34,903 nucleotides of DNA from an uncultured Candidatus Saccharibacteria bacterium (GTDB taxonomy: Bacteria > Patescibacteriota > Saccharimonadia > Saccharimonadales > Saccharimonadaceae), in assembly GCA_964629705.1 (NCBI GenBank), contig CAZVTE010000001.1, forward strand, positions 1 through 34,903. The letters are read 5' to 3'. A model generated the notes under the pieces. That model ran no database searches. It was not told the DNA's origin and saw only the letters and a list, made by a program, of their open reading frames with translations. Position numbers and translations under genes: made by a program. Below, piece by piece: positions 1 to 8,444 of the stretch. The stretch's first letter is position 1, and each line of letters starts with the position of its first letter.

Positions 1-19
1 CACCACACGGGTGTCTTAA
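1..19. repeat. Left terminal direct repeat CACCACACGGGTGTCTTAA (putative att core or circularisation overlap)
   Basis: Identical to 34885-34903, which lies just downstream of the tyrosine recombinase. Confidence 0.9.
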
Positions 20-29
20 AAGATTAAGT

Positions 30-510
30 GCACACCGCTCGTTAAGGAGTGTTTTTGTTCCATCGGGGCTTCAATATTCGCTTGATTGAAGTTCCGTAGA
101 GTAAAAACGACTGCGGGAATCCCTAAGTTTAGTATTATTAAAAATTCGGTAGGTAAAGCATAATGATTCGCATTCAACATTTTTTAGAAAAACTAGAATG
201 CAGCTGCAGTCCTATGAAGTCGGCCTATTATTTGAGTTTTGGAGGTCATGACAGACGGGGTTGCAGCTGCAGGATAGATTACTACTCGGACAGTGGCACT
301 GTGTTTCTTAAGTCATATTTTTGCATCATAACGTCATTGGACTTCCTTAATCCATGCACTTTTAACCCACGTCAATTTTAGATACATAGCACTATTTCGC
401 AGTGCCACTATCCGAGTGGTAATAACTCAAGTAGACCATGCTGTTAGCGACATCTAGTTCATACTCTGCAACGGTTTTAGAAATCTTTTTGGTGTCGCTA
501 GTTGTATGGT
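30..510 (+). ncRNA. Structured non-coding leader of the early operon
   Basis: Hairpins 64-96, 199-271, 278-423 (26-bp stem) and 435-510, most with G-U pairs that work on the + strand; no convincing ORF. Confidence 0.6.
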
Positions 511-539
511 TTACGAAATAAGAAACGAAAGGAGAATAT

Positions 540-710
540 ATGAAAAAAGTAATTATTGGGATAGCGGTTGCGATCGCAAGCGTTGCAACTTATATTGGAG
601 TGCAAATGAATCGGGCAAATAATCTTCATGAGTATGCGCTCGCAAATAATTGCATTTGGCAATATCAAGGTACGATGTACGGCGATAACCGAGATTATAT
701 TTGCAAATAA
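540..710 (+). CDS. Small membrane-anchored or secreted protein (56 aa, MKKVIIGIAVAIASVA...)
   Basis: AAGGAG RBS, ATG at 540, hydrophobic N-terminus; below the ORF-track cut-off. Confidence 0.8.
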   Translation: MKKVIIGIAVAIASVATYIGVQMNRANNLHEYALANNCIWQYQGTMYGDNRDYICK

Positions 711-743
711 AACAATTAAAGAAACTGTAAGGAGAATATTAGA

Positions 744-815
744 ATGACGATTAAAGTAATTTATTATCAAAGCGACAACGGCGAAATCAAAGTTTGCCGA
801 AGGAGTCAAAAATAA
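744..815 (+). CDS. Possible 23-aa peptide (MTIKVIYYQSDNGEIKVCRRSQK)
   Basis: AAGGAG upstream; TAATG overlap with the next gene. Confidence 0.45.
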   Translation: MTIKVIYYQSDNGEIKVCRRSQK

Positions 816-1201
816 TGAGCATCAGAAATTATTTTAGGACGGACTGTCCAGTTTGCGGGTGTAAAGATGCTCGCAGAAATTGGAATGACGAATATGGCTA
901 CGATTATCACGAATGTGACATCTGTGTAGGCTGTGACGACCTTAATGACTTAGCGAACAAGCTGAAGGCTTTTGATTTTCTCAAGGAAGCTTATCTTGAT
1001 GGTATCACCAAAGAGTCAGAGCTCAAAGAGATTTTTGCAGACGAATTATTTGGCACTGTGCCTTGGGTTGATGCTGAAAGATTGGCAAACCAAATTGTTG
1101 AGCTCTTGTATGACGAAGTTGCAATGGAAGCTGAAGCCGAAAACGAAAATGCGGCGGAATTTTCCAGTGAGTATTTAGACGCTTTAGGTGGGAGGTATTA
1201 A
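815..1201 (+). CDS. Hypothetical protein with N-terminal Zn-finger-like CxxC pairs
   Basis: ATG 815 with AAGGAG; CPVCGC...CDIC; acidic C-terminus. Confidence 0.8.
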   Translation: MSIRNYFRTDCPVCGCKDARRNWNDEYGYDYHECDICVGCDDLNDLANKLKAFDFLKEAYLDGITKESELKEIFADELFGTVPWVDAERLANQIVELLYDEVAMEAEAENENAAEFSSEYLDALGGRY

Positions 1202-1987
1202 ATGTGTAACCCCGATTATTACGCTCGACCCGAATGGTCGCAGTCGCAAATGAAGAATATCCTCGACCATGGAATCGATTATGCAATCGCAATGAAACGC
1301 GGACTATTGCCAGAACCGCAAAGCAGGTCAATTGACCTTGGGCAACTAGCGCATATGTTCGTGTTGGGAGGCGACCCAGAAATCTTTGCACTTAGCCCAT
1401 ACAATGATTTTAGAACAAAAGAGGCAAGAAACTGGAAGGCGGAACAGCTAGAGGCTGGCAAGCATATTGTCGATAAGAATCAATATGAAGATATTCACAA
1501 AATTGTTGACAATATTGAAGCACATCCAATGAGCAAGGAATTACTCAGAGGAGAAAATGTTAAGCATGAACAAGAAATGTTTGGCCAGGTTGGCGGAGTT
1601 AAAGTCAGAGGAAAAGCGGATGCGGTTCTGAAAGATGGCAATAGTCTGATTATCACCGACATCAAAACCACCGCAAAGTTTGACAGATTTGACCCAGCAA
1701 AAGACAAGTATTATCCAATGAACCTCCACTACGATTTGCAGGCAGCAATGTACTGTTTGCTCGGTGCGGGAGCGTTTCAAGTGAATCCAGCGTATGTGAA
1801 CTCTTACTTTTGCGTAGCAGAAACGGTAGTGCCATTTAGAGTGCAATATTACCATTGCTCACTGGAATTTCTAGAGCATGGCGAGAAAAAATTGAGTGAT
1901 TGTATCGACAGAATTAAAGAGTTTGGTGACAAAGAACCGAACTTCTTAATCGAGGAAGTCGGAGAGTTGGGAGACTGGAGCTTATGA
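1202..1987 (+). CDS. RecE/ExoVIII-like PD-(D/E)XK exonuclease (DUF3799-like)
   Basis: YY..PEWSQSQMK start, LGQLAH, RGKAD...DIKTT and YDLQAAMY motifs. Confidence 0.85.
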   Translation: MCNPDYYARPEWSQSQMKNILDHGIDYAIAMKRGLLPEPQSRSIDLGQLAHMFVLGGDPEIFALSPYNDFRTKEARNWKAEQLEAGKHIVDKNQYEDIHKIVDNIEAHPMSKELLRGENVKHEQEMFGQVGGVKVRGKADAVLKDGNSLIITDIKTTAKFDRFDPAKDKYYPMNLHYDLQAAMYCLLGAGAFQVNPAYVNSYFCVAETVVPFRVQYYHCSLEFLEHGEKKLSDCIDRIKEFGDKEPNFLIEEVGELGDWSL

Positions 1988-2370
1988 GTAGATTTATCGA
2001 AATCAAAAATATATCTGGCAAAAAAATTTTAATAAGAATTGATAGCCTAAAATGCGTCAAAGAAAACGACGAAAATGAGGCTACACTTCTTTTAGAGGAT
2101 GGCAGAATGGATACAACCACTCCATATCTGACAATAAAGCAAGCGCTATCTGGCGAAATCCTACAAATTCCCCGCGAACTAGGAACTCTTCCGTTTCTTC
2201 GTAAGAAAAGAGTTCGTTGTATTAACACTAATGTTATTTACGCTTCAATAGGAGAAGCCGCCAGAGCTTTTGAGGTTACTCCCTCAGCACTAAGTCGTCA
2301 CCTTTCTGGAAAATCTGAAACCTGCTGTGGGTGTCGTTTTGAGATAGTGGAGGGTAGTGCTAATGAGTAG
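1984..2370 (+). CDS. Protein with C-terminal NUMOD1-like DNA-binding domain
   Basis: KKRVRCINTNVIYASIGEAARAF...ALSRHLSGK pattern. Confidence 0.65.
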   Translation: MSRFIEIKNISGKKILIRIDSLKCVKENDENEATLLLEDGRMDTTTPYLTIKQALSGEILQIPRELGTLPFLRKKRVRCINTNVIYASIGEAARAFEVTPSALSRHLSGKSETCCGCRFEIVEGSANE

Positions 2371-2920
2371 CAGTAAAGATTTAGTGAAAGTGATTGACGA
2401 ATCCAGAATAGTTGAGGTTGCAAATAAAGAGACTCTGCGTGGAGTACTGAATCAAAAACCACCAGAAAAGTGGATTCAGAAACATCCAATGAACAAGACA
2501 GTGAACTACTTGCCTATCGACAAAGTTGAAGTGTTGCTTGATTCTTTGTTCCAAGACTGGAAGACGGAAATTAAATCCGTGAATCAACTAGCACAGTCAA
2601 TCTGTGCGGTGGTAAGGCTGCATTACAGAAATCCGGTGACTGGAGAATGGACATATCATGATGGAGTTGGTGCAGTGCCACTGAGAACCGACAAAGGTAA
2701 GCTCGCTTCTGACTTATCCGCTATTAAGTCTGACGCCGTGGCAACTGGTGCGCCTGCCGCCGTATCATTCGCCATTAAGGATGCGGCTGACCATATCGGC
2801 AAGATTTTCGGACGAGACTTAAACCGTAAAGATACGGTGACTTTGCCGAGTATCTACGGGAGTTTAGAAGTGAAGGATGCAACTGCGGGGATAAGCGAGG
2901 AGGATAAGCATCAGAATTAG
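2363..2920 (+). CDS. Single-strand annealing protein, Sak/Rad52-like
   Basis: YLPIDKVEVLLDSLF...W, A.SFAIKDAADHIGKIFGRDL; near the RecE-like nuclease. Confidence 0.65.
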   Translation: MSSSKDLVKVIDESRIVEVANKETLRGVLNQKPPEKWIQKHPMNKTVNYLPIDKVEVLLDSLFQDWKTEIKSVNQLAQSICAVVRLHYRNPVTGEWTYHDGVGAVPLRTDKGKLASDLSAIKSDAVATGAPAAVSFAIKDAADHIGKIFGRDLNRKDTVTLPSIYGSLEVKDATAGISEEDKHQN

Positions 2921-3238
2921 TCAAGTATCACGCAAAAAAGAAGAACTAACCGTAGGCCTAAGGTTTAACCTTTTTGTAGCCAAGGGATAGTCCTTCAGTC
3001 TTTATTTTAATACGCAATATTAAAAAGTCAAGACAATTTTGACATTCCTCTAGCACTCTTCAGTCTCATGCTATTTGGAGGGGTATGATTGGATTTGGTG
3101 GCGCTAATACGGGGATCTGTTGCCCTTCCCAAAGTATTAGCCGTTTAGACCGTGCCACCATTCTAGCATTGCTGGGGGGGTAGTCGTCAATTGGAAAAAC
3201 TCTGCTACTCCCCAACACCCCAAAACCGAAACATAGAT

Positions 3239-3328
3239 GCTGGTTTAATTCGTTAAAGTAGACGAACAAGTTTGTAAAACTTGTATCCTTTGAGATTCGA
3301 GTGGGTGCGATTCCCTCAACCAGCACCA
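3239..3328 (+). tRNA. tRNA-Tyr(GTA), atypical D and T loops
   Basis: Acceptor GCTGGTT/AACCAGC, A73, CCA; anticodon stem CAAGT/ACTTG with loop TTGTAAA; long variable arm. Confidence 0.75.
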
Positions 3329-3333
3329 ATATG

Positions 3334-3408
3334 GGGCGTCTAGTTTAGCTGGAAAGAACAGCTGTTAGCGCGACAGCAGATGCCGGTTCAAAGCCGGCGG
3401 CGCCCCCC
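3334..3408 (+). tRNA. tRNA-like gene, anticodon GCG (nominally Arg), non-canonical
   Basis: Acceptor GGGCGTC/GGCGCCC; stem GCTGT/ACAGC with loop TAGCGCG; T arm GCCGG-TTCAAAG-CCGGC. Confidence 0.7.
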
Positions 3409-3480
3409 TAAAAAAGTCCTCATACCGAGGTCGCGATAAGTATGAGTCCATATCTAGTCCTAGGCTAGACATGTCCATGT

Positions 3481-3557
3481 GGTGGGTATAGTCCAATGGT
3501 TAAGACACTAGTTTGTGGCACTAGAGATGCCAGTTCAATTCTGGCTACCCTACCCCA
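3481..3557 (+). tRNA. tRNA-His(GTG)
   Basis: G-1/C73, anticodon stem CTAGT/ACTAG with loop TTGTGGC, T arm, CCA; one bulged T in the acceptor stem. Confidence 0.85.
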
Positions 3558-3560
3558 TGA

Positions 3561-3637
3561 TCAAGAGTAGGCAAATTGGTAAAGCCACTAACCTTTGAAG
3601 TTAGAGTTTGTTGGCTCGAATCCAACTCCCGAAGCCA
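3561..3637 (+). tRNA. tRNA-Gln(TTG) with poorly paired acceptor stem (possible pseudo-tRNA)
   Basis: D arm, stem CTAAC/GTTAG with loop CTTTGAA, T arm and G-CCA intact; TCAAGAG/TCCCGAA mismatched. Confidence 0.7.
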
Positions 3638-3887
3638 AAATATGTGCAAAACTAGGCTAAACCTATTTTTGCGCATACATGACCTAAATAAATTGTTACG
3701 GAGTTCAGAATACTACCTCTTCTGAACTCTCCTAGTGGACAGCTTGGCTTTTTGACTAGTCATTCTCACGCAGTTTCTCCAGGCTGTCCACTAGGGTATT
3801 CGTCCACCTTGAAAAACTGCGAGGAGGTGGAGGAATGCTCTCAAAACATTTTAAGCATCAATATAAGTATAAGAATAGGAGAAGAAA

Positions 3888-4097
3888 ATGGTTCTGATTA
3901 TTGCCTCGATAGTACTACTGATACTGGTAGGCATTTTTGTAAACATAATTGGCATATTGATTATGTCTTTGGGCGTAGGGGTTATTGAATTAGGCTCAAT
4001 GCTAATGGTATTAAACTGCGTCATTGCCGCCGTTGTTACTTGGGCAATTAAAGACATGATTAACAGTGATTATGACGGAATTGAGGACGAGGAGTGA
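3888..4097 (+). CDS. Small membrane protein
   Basis: AGGAG RBS; long hydrophobic segments. Confidence 0.75.
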   Translation: MVLIIASIVLLILVGIFVNIIGILIMSLGVGVIELGSMLMVLNCVIAAVVTWAIKDMINSDYDGIEDEE

Positions 4098-4684
4098 AAA
4101 TGAAGAAATATAGATTAAAGAAAGATTTACCAACATTTAAGGCGGGAGAGGTATTTACTATCGGAAGTGATAGAGGTTTATGGAAAGACAAGGGGGAGCA
4201 AGTTCCAATATTAGTTTACTCAAGACAGACTCTGGCTAGATTCCCCGACATCCTCACCGACTGGTTTGAGGAGATTCCCGAAGAACCGAAGACGGTATTT
4301 GATTTGGGGGATGGTGACGAATGTTGGATAAGAGATATTGACCTTAAGCCAAGAAAAGTAGAGTGGAGGGGTACTCCATATGATAATCAGCTTAGAGAGC
4401 TAGGATTAGTATTTCTAAGTAGAGAGGCGTTAGAAAAGGATGATGCTCGCCGCAAAGCTGAAGTAATACTGGAGCGTGATACTAAGGGATTTAAGCCTAA
4501 CTGGGAAGATGTAAGCAATAAGTACGAAGTCTATTACGACTACGAGTCTCGTGAGCTGGATACAGAGTGTTACAACACCTGTTGCAGTCATTCTAACTTG
4601 TGGTTTGAATCGTCTAAAGATGCCAAAGCCTCCATTAAGAATCATGAAAAAGAATGGAAGATTTATTTGGGGGTGGAGGAATAA
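4094..4684 (+). CDS. Phage early-region hypothetical protein
   Basis: 196 aa ORF, coupled start; KYRLKKDLPTFKAGEVF N-terminus. Confidence 0.8.
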   Translation: MKMKKYRLKKDLPTFKAGEVFTIGSDRGLWKDKGEQVPILVYSRQTLARFPDILTDWFEEIPEEPKTVFDLGDGDECWIRDIDLKPRKVEWRGTPYDNQLRELGLVFLSREALEKDDARRKAEVILERDTKGFKPNWEDVSNKYEVYYDYESRELDTECYNTCCSHSNLWFESSKDAKASIKNHEKEWKIYLGVEE

Positions 4685-4693
4685 AGGAGGATT

Positions 4694-4951
4694 ATGAAAA
4701 TAACAATTACAAGATCAATACGTGAAGTATATGGAGAGCCAGAACTTCAAGGGATTTCATATCAATTGGAAACAGATTCAAATGAAAAAGCTGGTGCAGA
4801 ATTTCATGAATTAACAGAATGTCCAGAAGATGCAACATTTGGTAGAGACCTTAGTAGTGCATTAGACCTTGATAACCTAATTAAACTTGCTTATACAGCT
4901 GGTAAATTAGGCGAGGAATTTGAAATTATTGAACACGAGGAGCAATGGTAA
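4694..4951 (+). CDS. Hypothetical acidic protein
   Basis: AAGGAGG RBS, 85 aa. Confidence 0.8.
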   Translation: MKITITRSIREVYGEPELQGISYQLETDSNEKAGAEFHELTECPEDATFGRDLSSALDLDNLIKLAYTAGKLGEEFEIIEHEEQW

Positions 4952-5392
4952 ATGAGTATCCAAAACGATATCACAATTAACTTCCAGCCTATGCCTAAGC
5001 GGTTTATGGTGTGGGATAAGGGGTTAGGCAAATTTCTAGAGCATGCTGGAGAAAAGGTGTATGATTTACCGCTACTAACGGATCTTTTGGACACCTATAA
5101 TGTAGTGGAAATTCATGAAGATTTGCTTATCATTCAATCCACCAACCTCTTCGACAAAGATGGTAAGGAGATATTTGAGGGGAGTATTGTAAGACGTGCG
5201 TGGGAGTGCGCAAGGGATGATGAGGATGCACCACTATTCTTGGTAATATGGTCGCCAGATCGTGCCGAATTTGCCTTTAAATATGGCATTTTCCACAATG
5301 GGGTCGAGCAGATTATAGACAAGAAGGCTTTAAGAGATGTAGAAGTAGTTGATCATATTCTCTCAAGCCCAGAGTTGTTGGAGGAAGTATGA
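4952..5392 (+). CDS. YopX-family phage protein
   Basis: RFMVWDK, QSTNLFDKDGKEIFEGSIV and EVVDHI..SPELLE motifs. Confidence 0.85.
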   Translation: MSIQNDITINFQPMPKRFMVWDKGLGKFLEHAGEKVYDLPLLTDLLDTYNVVEIHEDLLIIQSTNLFDKDGKEIFEGSIVRRAWECARDDEDAPLFLVIWSPDRAEFAFKYGIFHNGVEQIIDKKALRDVEVVDHILSSPELLEEV

Positions 5393-5589
5393 CAGGCGAA
5401 GAGATATTGGCAGTAATTAAATATTATGCCAGCCTATTACCAGGAGCATTGAGAAGCTTCGAGAATGCGGTCGAATGTGAATATAAAGCTAAAATAGTCG
5501 AATCAAGCTGGAGTGAAGTCCGGCGTATCTATGATAGCTGGTGCAAATGGAAGGAGTTGTTGGAGGAAATAAATGACAATCCTATGTGA
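5389..5589 (+). CDS. Hypothetical protein
   Basis: ATGA-coupled, GGAGG RBS. Confidence 0.7.
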   Translation: MTGEEILAVIKYYASLLPGALRSFENAVECEYKAKIVESSWSEVRRIYDSWCKWKELLEEINDNPM

Positions 5590-6031
5590 CATTGATGGCG
5601 TACTAGCAGGCCTTACGCACCGACTGCACTTTCTTGAGAATAAGAATTATGAAGCGTTCTATGATACGAGTAACCTAATGAATGACCGGAGTATTCCCGA
5701 AGGAAAAATACTGCTTGGAGTATTAGGCAAAGGAGAATACATTCGGAATATCGTGCTTCTAACCAGTCGTCCAGAGCATACGCGAACGGTAACAAAAAGA
5801 TGGCTTTGGAGGGCAGGTGTCGTTTACGGTGAGTTGCTAATGCGCAAAGATGGTGACCATCGTCCATCACCGGAAGTGAAGCTAGAGATGGCTAAACTAC
5901 TGGAGAAAAAGGGTTACGATATGAAGCATGGATATTTTATTGACGACGACCCAGAAAACGTTAAAGCTATTTGCGAAGCCTATCCCGGACTAGCTGGGAT
6001 TACTTTTGGGGTAGGGAGGTTGGAAAAATGA
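5573..6031 (+). CDS. HAD-superfamily phosphatase (polynucleotide 3'-phosphatase-like)
   Basis: DIDGVLA, LTSRPE, LLMR..GDHRPS..VK and FIDDD motifs. Confidence 0.85.
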   Translation: MTILCDIDGVLAGLTHRLHFLENKNYEAFYDTSNLMNDRSIPEGKILLGVLGKGEYIRNIVLLTSRPEHTRTVTKRWLWRAGVVYGELLMRKDGDHRPSPEVKLEMAKLLEKKGYDMKHGYFIDDDPENVKAICEAYPGLAGITFGVGRLEK

Positions 6032-6174
6032 ATGGAGAGCGAGTTGTTAAGATTCTAGGAATATTGAGCATGGGGACGATAGCACTACTTGCACCATTCC
6101 CTGCTAACCTAATCTTATTCTTTGGAGCATTAACAATCTCGTACATTATCAAAATAAAGTGGAGGCAAAAATGA
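6028..6174 (+). CDS. Small membrane protein (48 aa)
   Basis: ATGA-coupled start at 6028; hydrophobic. Confidence 0.6.
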   Translation: MNGERVVKILGILSMGTIALLAPFPANLILFFGALTISYIIKIKWRQK

Positions 6175-6455
6175 AAAGTATTGATGGAATTATTAGACCT
6201 ACCGAACATGACATAAGAGAATTGATGCCACTTGCAGACGACAAGCATGACAGGCAGCTGAGAAAAGAGTCGGCTAGAGACCAGAAAATTATTGACGATG
6301 CCTTGCATGACCGACATTTAATCCAGATTATTGACTTGGCATACAATCACCTAAGTGGCAGAGGAAGAGCTTATCTCGCAAACAGGTTAATTGAAGTTAA
6401 GAGGAATAGGAGTAAAAAACATGAGCGAAGCAGAACTACAAATAGCCGTGGCTGA
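6171..6455 (+). CDS. Hypothetical protein
   Basis: GGAGG RBS, coupled start. Confidence 0.7.
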   Translation: MKSIDGIIRPTEHDIRELMPLADDKHDRQLRKESARDQKIIDDALHDRHLIQIIDLAYNHLSGRGRAYLANRLIEVKRNRSKKHERSRTTNSRG

Positions 6456-6900
6456 CTATTTAAGGCTACAATATCCAAATGTACTGTTTCATTCAGACTA
6501 TGGGAGTGGGGTCAAACTCACTCCTCGGCAAGCCTCAATCCAGAAGCGACAGAATGGTGGCAGAAGGGCATGGCCAGATATGTTCATTGCAAAGCCTATA
6601 TACTGGGGAGGAAATTTAGATAGGCAGAGACCAAAATTCTTAATAAATTTGGATGATACATATTACTATTTGGACACGACTAGAGATGATGATACTTACT
6701 ATTCTTCTAGTGGTCTCTTTCTCGAACTCAAAAAAGATGGCACTCGCCTCAAGAAAAAGAATGGCGAGTGGGCAACTGAGCATATTGCCGAGCAGGCAAA
6801 AATTCTGGAAGAATTGCGTCAACGTGGCTATTGTGCCGAATTTGCTGTCGGACTTAATGAAGCGAAGGAAATAATTGATAGTTATTTAGGAGGTCATTAA
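6421..6900 (+). CDS. VRR-NUC family nuclease (putative Holliday-junction resolvase)
   Basis: MSEAELQ, WPDMFI, GLFLELK, EQ..ILEELRQRGY.A.FAVG. Confidence 0.85.
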   Translation: MSEAELQIAVADYLRLQYPNVLFHSDYGSGVKLTPRQASIQKRQNGGRRAWPDMFIAKPIYWGGNLDRQRPKFLINLDDTYYYLDTTRDDDTYYSSSGLFLELKKDGTRLKKKNGEWATEHIAEQAKILEELRQRGYCAEFAVGLNEAKEIIDSYLGGH

Positions 6901-6903
6901 CCG

Positions 6904-6933
6904 TTGACTGCTGTCCTTAACAATAGTTAAGGT
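6904..6933 (+). promoter_or_regulatory. Late-type promoter copy 1: TTGACT-GCTGTCCTTA(N8)-TAAGGT
   Basis: Shared motif, 18-bp spacer. Confidence 0.7.
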
Positions 6934-6954
6934 AAAGAAGAATAGGGAGAAAAA

Positions 6955-7302
6955 ATGAAAATGAATTTGCGCAATTCTTTCGAGCCAGCATTTAGAAAAG
7001 TTCATGGGATTTTAATTTATTTCAAGGATAAGCATACGGTTGTTGTCTCCCAAGGGAACACGTGTATCTTGTTTCACCGTTGGCACGACCGTGAACGTTC
7101 TTCCTATGAGCACAGTTGGAAACCGTTTTGCCGGGCTATGCAGAAATATAATACACTATTTTCTATTTACGACATCACTAAGCTAGCAGAAAAGTACGAA
7201 GTCGAGCATCAGACAGTGACACGTACCATGAAGACGCTTGAGCCTCGAGGAGTTAAAGAGTTGCCTTCCGTTCACGTTTGGAGACCAAAGAAAAATGGCT
7301 AA
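6955..7302 (+). CDS. Hypothetical basic protein
   Basis: GGGAG RBS; first gene after promoter copy 1. Confidence 0.75.
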   Translation: MKMNLRNSFEPAFRKVHGILIYFKDKHTVVVSQGNTCILFHRWHDRERSSYEHSWKPFCRAMQKYNTLFSIYDITKLAEKYEVEHQTVTRTMKTLEPRGVKELPSVHVWRPKKNG

Positions 7303-7660
7303 GGCTGTTATTTACACGAAATGGTGCTTAGAATGCGTATGGCCAGAAGAAGTTAAAATTCTGAGGATATGGGTTGACGACAAAAATATCAAGGTCAAGC
7401 GCACAGCTTATCGCCCGGACTGGCATCGGAAGGCAACAAAACTGTATGGAAGCGAAGGCTACGATGCGTTCGTGGTCTATAAGGGAAAAGTGGAGGATTT
7501 TGTGAGTTTTGTTAATGATTGTAAGAACAAATTGGTTAAAGAAGGAAAATTAAAGGATGACATGCCTAACCTGCAACGAACCGAAGACGCTAATCGAGAA
7601 GATGGTGCGAAGGATAAGAGTGCTCAGACTACAAATAAAAATGAAGAGCGGGAGGGCTAA
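7295..7660 (+). CDS. Hypothetical protein
   Basis: ATG 7295 overlapping the previous gene; WCLEC motif. Confidence 0.7.
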   Translation: MAKAVIYTKWCLECVWPEEVKILRIWVDDKNIKVKRTAYRPDWHRKATKLYGSEGYDAFVVYKGKVEDFVSFVNDCKNKLVKEGKLKDDMPNLQRTEDANREDGAKDKSAQTTNKNEEREG

Positions 7661-7663
7661 AAG

Positions 7664-8065
7664 ATGGTTAAAGCAGGTCAGAAAAAGACTGGAGAAACAG
7701 AACGAGGAGTAAGCCCTATTTCCGGTGTAGCTCCGCCGAAGAAAAATCAGTTTGGTCAGCCAGAGGGTAATCCAAGGCACAATGGCGCATGGAAGAAAGA
7801 AGATACTTTGCGCTTTAAACTGCAACAGGTCGCCAAAATGACCTACGCTGAACTGCTAGACTTAACAGCTGACCCGCAAGCTGGCGAGTTTGAAAAGAAC
7901 GCCGCCCGTACAATTCTAGAAATGGCTAAAATGGACGCAGAGAAGCGCTGGCGGGTGCTTGAGGGCTTAACCAATCAAGATTCCGGCTTTCCTAAACAAC
8001 AAGTGGAGCAGAAGAATATTGAGATTAAGCCAATCGCGCCAAAGCTTCAAAAGAAGGAGGACTAA
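7664..8065 (+). CDS. terS: Putative terminase small subunit
   Basis: PPKKNQFGQPEGNPR motif, C-terminal PKQQVEQ..IEIKPI; upstream of terL. Confidence 0.6.
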   Translation: MVKAGQKKTGETERGVSPISGVAPPKKNQFGQPEGNPRHNGAWKKEDTLRFKLQQVAKMTYAELLDLTADPQAGEFEKNAARTILEMAKMDAEKRWRVLEGLTNQDSGFPKQQVEQKNIEIKPIAPKLQKKED

Positions 8066-8262
8066 TGAAGTATGACGGCTTTGTCGTGTTTCGTCTTAGC
8101 GATGGCGTGGAAGGCTTTATTATCTACACGGAAGGTGAAACTGGTTTCCGGCGCGCGCTAGATGAGATTCGAGATTTAGCTACGAAAAGAATGGCCTATA
8201 TCGAGGGTGTGCGCTTAGTATATGAAGAAAAAAATAAGGAGAAAAGCAAGGAGAAAAAATGA
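8065..8262 (+). CDS. Hypothetical protein
   Basis: AAGGAGG RBS, TAATG coupling. Confidence 0.7.
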   Translation: MKYDGFVVFRLSDGVEGFIIYTEGETGFRRALDEIRDLATKRMAYIEGVRLVYEEKNKEKSKEKK

Positions 8263-8444
8263 AAGAAAATAAACGACTAACAATATATGAGTCGGAAATC
8301 AATGCTATACTATTTAATCTCTATACCCTGGAGACCAAAATGAGCGGATGGAACAGTGATAGGAGAGAGCTGAGGGTGTCGAATCGAACGGATGCCTATG
8401 ATTTGCTAAGTGAAGCAATCTGCATGCTCCAGAGCAAACTATGA
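8259..8444 (+). CDS. Hypothetical protein
   Basis: AAGGAG RBS, ATGA coupling at both ends. Confidence 0.7.
   Translation: MKENKRLTIYESEINAILFNLYTLETKMSGWNSDRRELRVSNRTDAYDLLSEAICMLQSKL

Noticed and set aside
64-87. 24-bp inverted repeat as invertase sites flipping the integrase segment
   Set aside because: Not excluded, but disfavoured: one copy starts at a predicted +1 and forms a terminator arm, and the other lies in a G-U-paired hairpin
163-381. 72-aa ORF in the early leader
   Set aside because: Weak RBS and no protein features; overlaps long RNA stems, so a non-coding reading fits better
2930-3880. CRISPR mini-array
   Set aside because: The hairpins are not copies of one repeat and are irregularly spaced; no cas genes
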